Positions 61,501-64,000 of a DNA stretch of 64,000 bases are shown piece after piece (position 1 is the first letter of the stretch; every line of letters starts with the position of its first letter). The notes beneath the pieces are model-generated. The model saw only the letters and a list, made by a program, of their open reading frames with translations, was not told where the DNA came from and did no database searches. The DNA comes from Amphiscolops sp. MND2022. Lineage: Eukaryota. The DNA is taken from positions 7,938,001 to 8,002,000 of the forward strand of contig OZ076409.1 in assembly GCA_964187785.1 (NCBI GenBank). The letters run 5' to 3'. A program made the translations under genes and the position numbers.

Positions 61501-62150
61501 TAAGAACAGGGGAATAAACGAACAAGACAAAAGCGATTTCGGAATCGAAATCCCCGGCATATCCGAAAACAATGGTTACAAACCAATAACCACCAACCCT
61601 GATGATGAACTAAACTTGTATTGCGACGAAAAGATACCTACCGGTGAGAAAAAAAAGTCGAAAATTGATAACCGAAAGACAAATTACTGGACGCTGGAAC
61701 CGAGAATATCAACAACGGAACAAACACGGGGGAATACCATACACCCGAAGTTTACGGACATAAATTATTTTTCAAAGTGTTTTACGAATTAGACACGTGA
61801 GGCTGCCCAGAAATTTGCCGAAGCTATCGGACTTCCAGAGAGAATGAAGTCCAATGCCGGGACCATCAAAGTTATGAGAAGGAACCCAGAATGGAGAAAG
61901 ATCAGACGGCGAGATACTGTGTCGGGTTTATTCAATTTGCCATCAACCAATGAAACTGAAAAATCTGCACTATCTAGAACTTTTATAAGTCTACTTTGTG
62001 TTTTTCTTTATAAATGTTGGTTATCTATGTATATTAGAATAGTTTGATATTAGAATCATTTGCTACAAAGACGTTACAGCATGAAGTTGCTACAATAGAG
62101 GAGATTTTAAAATATAATCCTTCCGTTTATAGAAACCAAGTCAAAATAGA
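58520..62150 (+). mobile_element. Heavily decayed, internally deleted Gypsy related to the 21539-27485 element
   Basis: LTR-like repeats at ~58520-58745 and ~61917-62150; PBS remnant TAGTGCAGTCAGCA at ~58748; peptides DKLVNIALDSRRL, WGLIFNEEKIRV, VERAIQTLKS. Confidence 0.8.
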
Positions 62151-62270
62151 ACAACACGAAAAAAATTAAACTTGGTTTATTCAGGTAGATTCGTCAACTT
62201 GCTGACAACAGACCAAAATCAAAAACTCAAAGTCAAAATTTGGAGTTTTCAACTCAAATGATCAATTAAC

Positions 62271-62620
62271 AGCTCGATTTGGAGAAATCTCGAAAGGACT
62301 GGGTACCATAAGTGTCATCTCTGCGTCGGTGAAAGCTTTGGCCCATATTTGGTCTGTCAAATTCTTATCCAAGATACTGTGTAAGACCCATATTCTGTGG
62401 AAACTTCCAGGCAACTTCTCAAATTTTTTAATATCTTCGACATTGCGTAACATTGTCCGTTTTGTTTGTAGAGGTGGAAAGTTGTTGGCCACAATTTTGA
62501 CGAGTAAAAATTTGGGTGCAAATTCGGTGGGCGTCAATTCATCTCTATTGTCAAGAAATGTTGTATGTTTGGTATTTACGTTCATTGTGATGAGTTGAAA
62601 TTTATTTCTTATCTCCAATT
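62271..62620 (-). CDS. Paralog B, segment matching the 3' half of paralog A exon 1
   Basis: KFLLVKIVANNFPPLQT...FHRIWVLHSILD...AFTDAEMTLMVPSPFE; both boundaries approximate. Confidence 0.75.
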
Positions 62621-62684
62621 GAGAATATATTGGAAAAAATTGTTGAAAAAAATGGGAACTTTGTCCAAACTGATGAAAGTATAC

Positions 62685-62967
62685 AGATATAAACTTCGTT
62701 GACGCCATTTTTCCCCATGAAGTCACGCATTCTTGATCAAAATTCAACAACTTCCTGTTTTTAGTCGCAAAAAAAAACTTAATTTTCAACATTTTCACTG
62801 CCAAAATGTGTGAAAAATATTTGTTCAAACGAAAACTATCCCAATAGAACTTAACTTCCTGTTATGGGAAAAACTTCACTTCGAATTCAACAAGTTTGAA
62901 ATTTTTTGTAAATTCAAAGAGAACCCCCAAAGAAGTTTGATGGTGGGTGAACAAACATGAAAGAGTC
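62685..62967. mobile_element. Truncated Merlin-like MITE between the two halves of paralog B exon 1
   Basis: Matches 18730-19008 (GAAGTCACGCATT...AACTTCCTGTT...AAAGAG(T)CC). Confidence 0.7.
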
Positions 62968-63028
62968 CAAAATTCACAGTTATATCAAATTTAATTGGCT
63001 GAGAACGTCATAGGGGACGATTTCTCAA

Positions 63029-63301
63029 TCACAGTACTGTATGTCTTGACACCTCAATGAAGGCTGATGAATAATAAAAAAAGACTAATACAATTTCAAA
63101 AGTTGAACGTAAATACAATCGTTTCTCGTCCGCTTCGCGAAAGTGTTGCTGAAATTCTTTAACGCCATTGAAATGAGGCGTTTGGCTATAGGTGCGATTA
63201 GAGGGTTTTTGAAAGTACAAACCAGAAAACAGAAAGTAAAAGCCAGAAAATATAATAATAGCAATCACTGGGCACAGTAAGTTGTATCTTCTCTTGTCCA
63301 T
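63029..63301 (-). CDS. Paralog B, probable first exon with signal anchor
   Basis: MDKRR followed by hydrophobic LLCPVIAIIIFSGFYFLFSGLYF; good ACCAATGG start context; true 3' end unknown. Confidence 0.6.
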   Translation of the reverse strand: MDKRRYNLLCPVIAIIIFSGFYFLFSGLYFQKPSNRTYSQTPHFNGVKEFQQHFREADEKRLYLRSTFEIVLVFFYYSSAFIEVSRHTVL

Positions 63302-63316
63302 TGGTGGCTAAAGCTT

Positions 63317-63737
63317 GGCTCTTTTCTGCCCCCCCCCTTCCCAAAAAATAAAGTAAATTTCTTTAAGTAGAAAAAATCCCTAAAAATTTCAGACGAACCT
63401 AATTCACTAAAAGTAAAACCTTTTTTCGTAACAGGAAGTTAACGTCTATTAGAATAGTTTTTGTTTGTAGAAAACGTTGTTCACACATTTTGACTGTGAT
63501 TATATTCAAATAAACTGTTTTTTTGACTCAAAACAGGAAGCTGTTGAGTTTGTTAACAAGAATGCGTGACTTCATAATCAAAAATAGTGTGCACAAAGTT
63601 TGTATCTCAATTCCGAGCTGTCACTCTGGGAACACATTTAAATTGAAGGTTTCTGGTTTGTATTCAAATCTTTTTGTTATAAGATTTTCACTACTTTTCG
63701 AAACAAAAATGGAGGTTAGGGGGTTTAGAAAAGAGCC
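63317..63737. mobile_element. Merlin-like MITE 15 bp upstream of the paralog B ATG
   Basis: TIR GGCTCTTTTCT...AGAAAAGAGCC; degenerate 8-bp TSD TAAAGCTT/TATAGTTT. Confidence 0.8.
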
Positions 63738-64000
63738 TATAGTTTCCGTAACAAACCAGTTATTTGAGCCAAACTGTGGATCAGGGTCTCAAACAAATCG
63801 TTGATGCAATTATACTAGATTGACAAAATGTTGGCAAAACTATCATTTTACGCTGGGAATGTTGTGTAGAGTTGAATCATGTAGGATCGATCGAAAGTTA
63901 GCAAAGTTATGTAGGATCGAATTGTGTCTTTATTTTGTTTACGATCGAAAGAGGTGGAAATTTCATTACTACCACACCTTTCATAATGTGCCCTGAATAC

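Noticed and set aside
1..64000. Prokaryotic systems (operons, CRISPR, defence islands) or an alternative genetic code
   Set aside because: Spliceosomal introns and eukaryotic TEs dominate; long ORFs read normally in the standard code.

Overview
AT-rich eukaryotic (probably invertebrate animal) genomic DNA, mostly nested transposons, with a few intron-split host genes. All alignments were done by eye. Host genes: (i) a small spliced + strand gene starting MGCTSS, an N-myristoylation/palmitoylation motif (candidate exons 274-389, 15703-~15814, ~19104-19193), missed by the ORF track; (ii) two tandem minus-strand paralogs (A 39632->32031, B 63301->53167) encoding type II membrane proteins with a GT-A/GT2-like domain. 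Their motifs resemble a family I associate with fungi, algae and bacteria, and they share a 235-bp gene-conversion-like tract. Retroelements: a very young Gypsy (21539-27485; identical LTRs, WLDD RT motif, one in-frame TAG inside the protease); a pol-less LTR element carrying an F-type env and an inverted gag (3130-8937); a 7.9-kb LTR-bounded element with no recognisable gag/pol (41936-49838); a decayed Gypsy (~58520-62150); and a CRE-like non-LTR relic. DNA elements: a deleted Tc1, Merlin derivatives with 8-bp TSDs, several Foldback/Mutator-like elements (two share a GCGAAGC-hairpin cassette), CCC...GGG TIR elements and Helentron-like tandem units.
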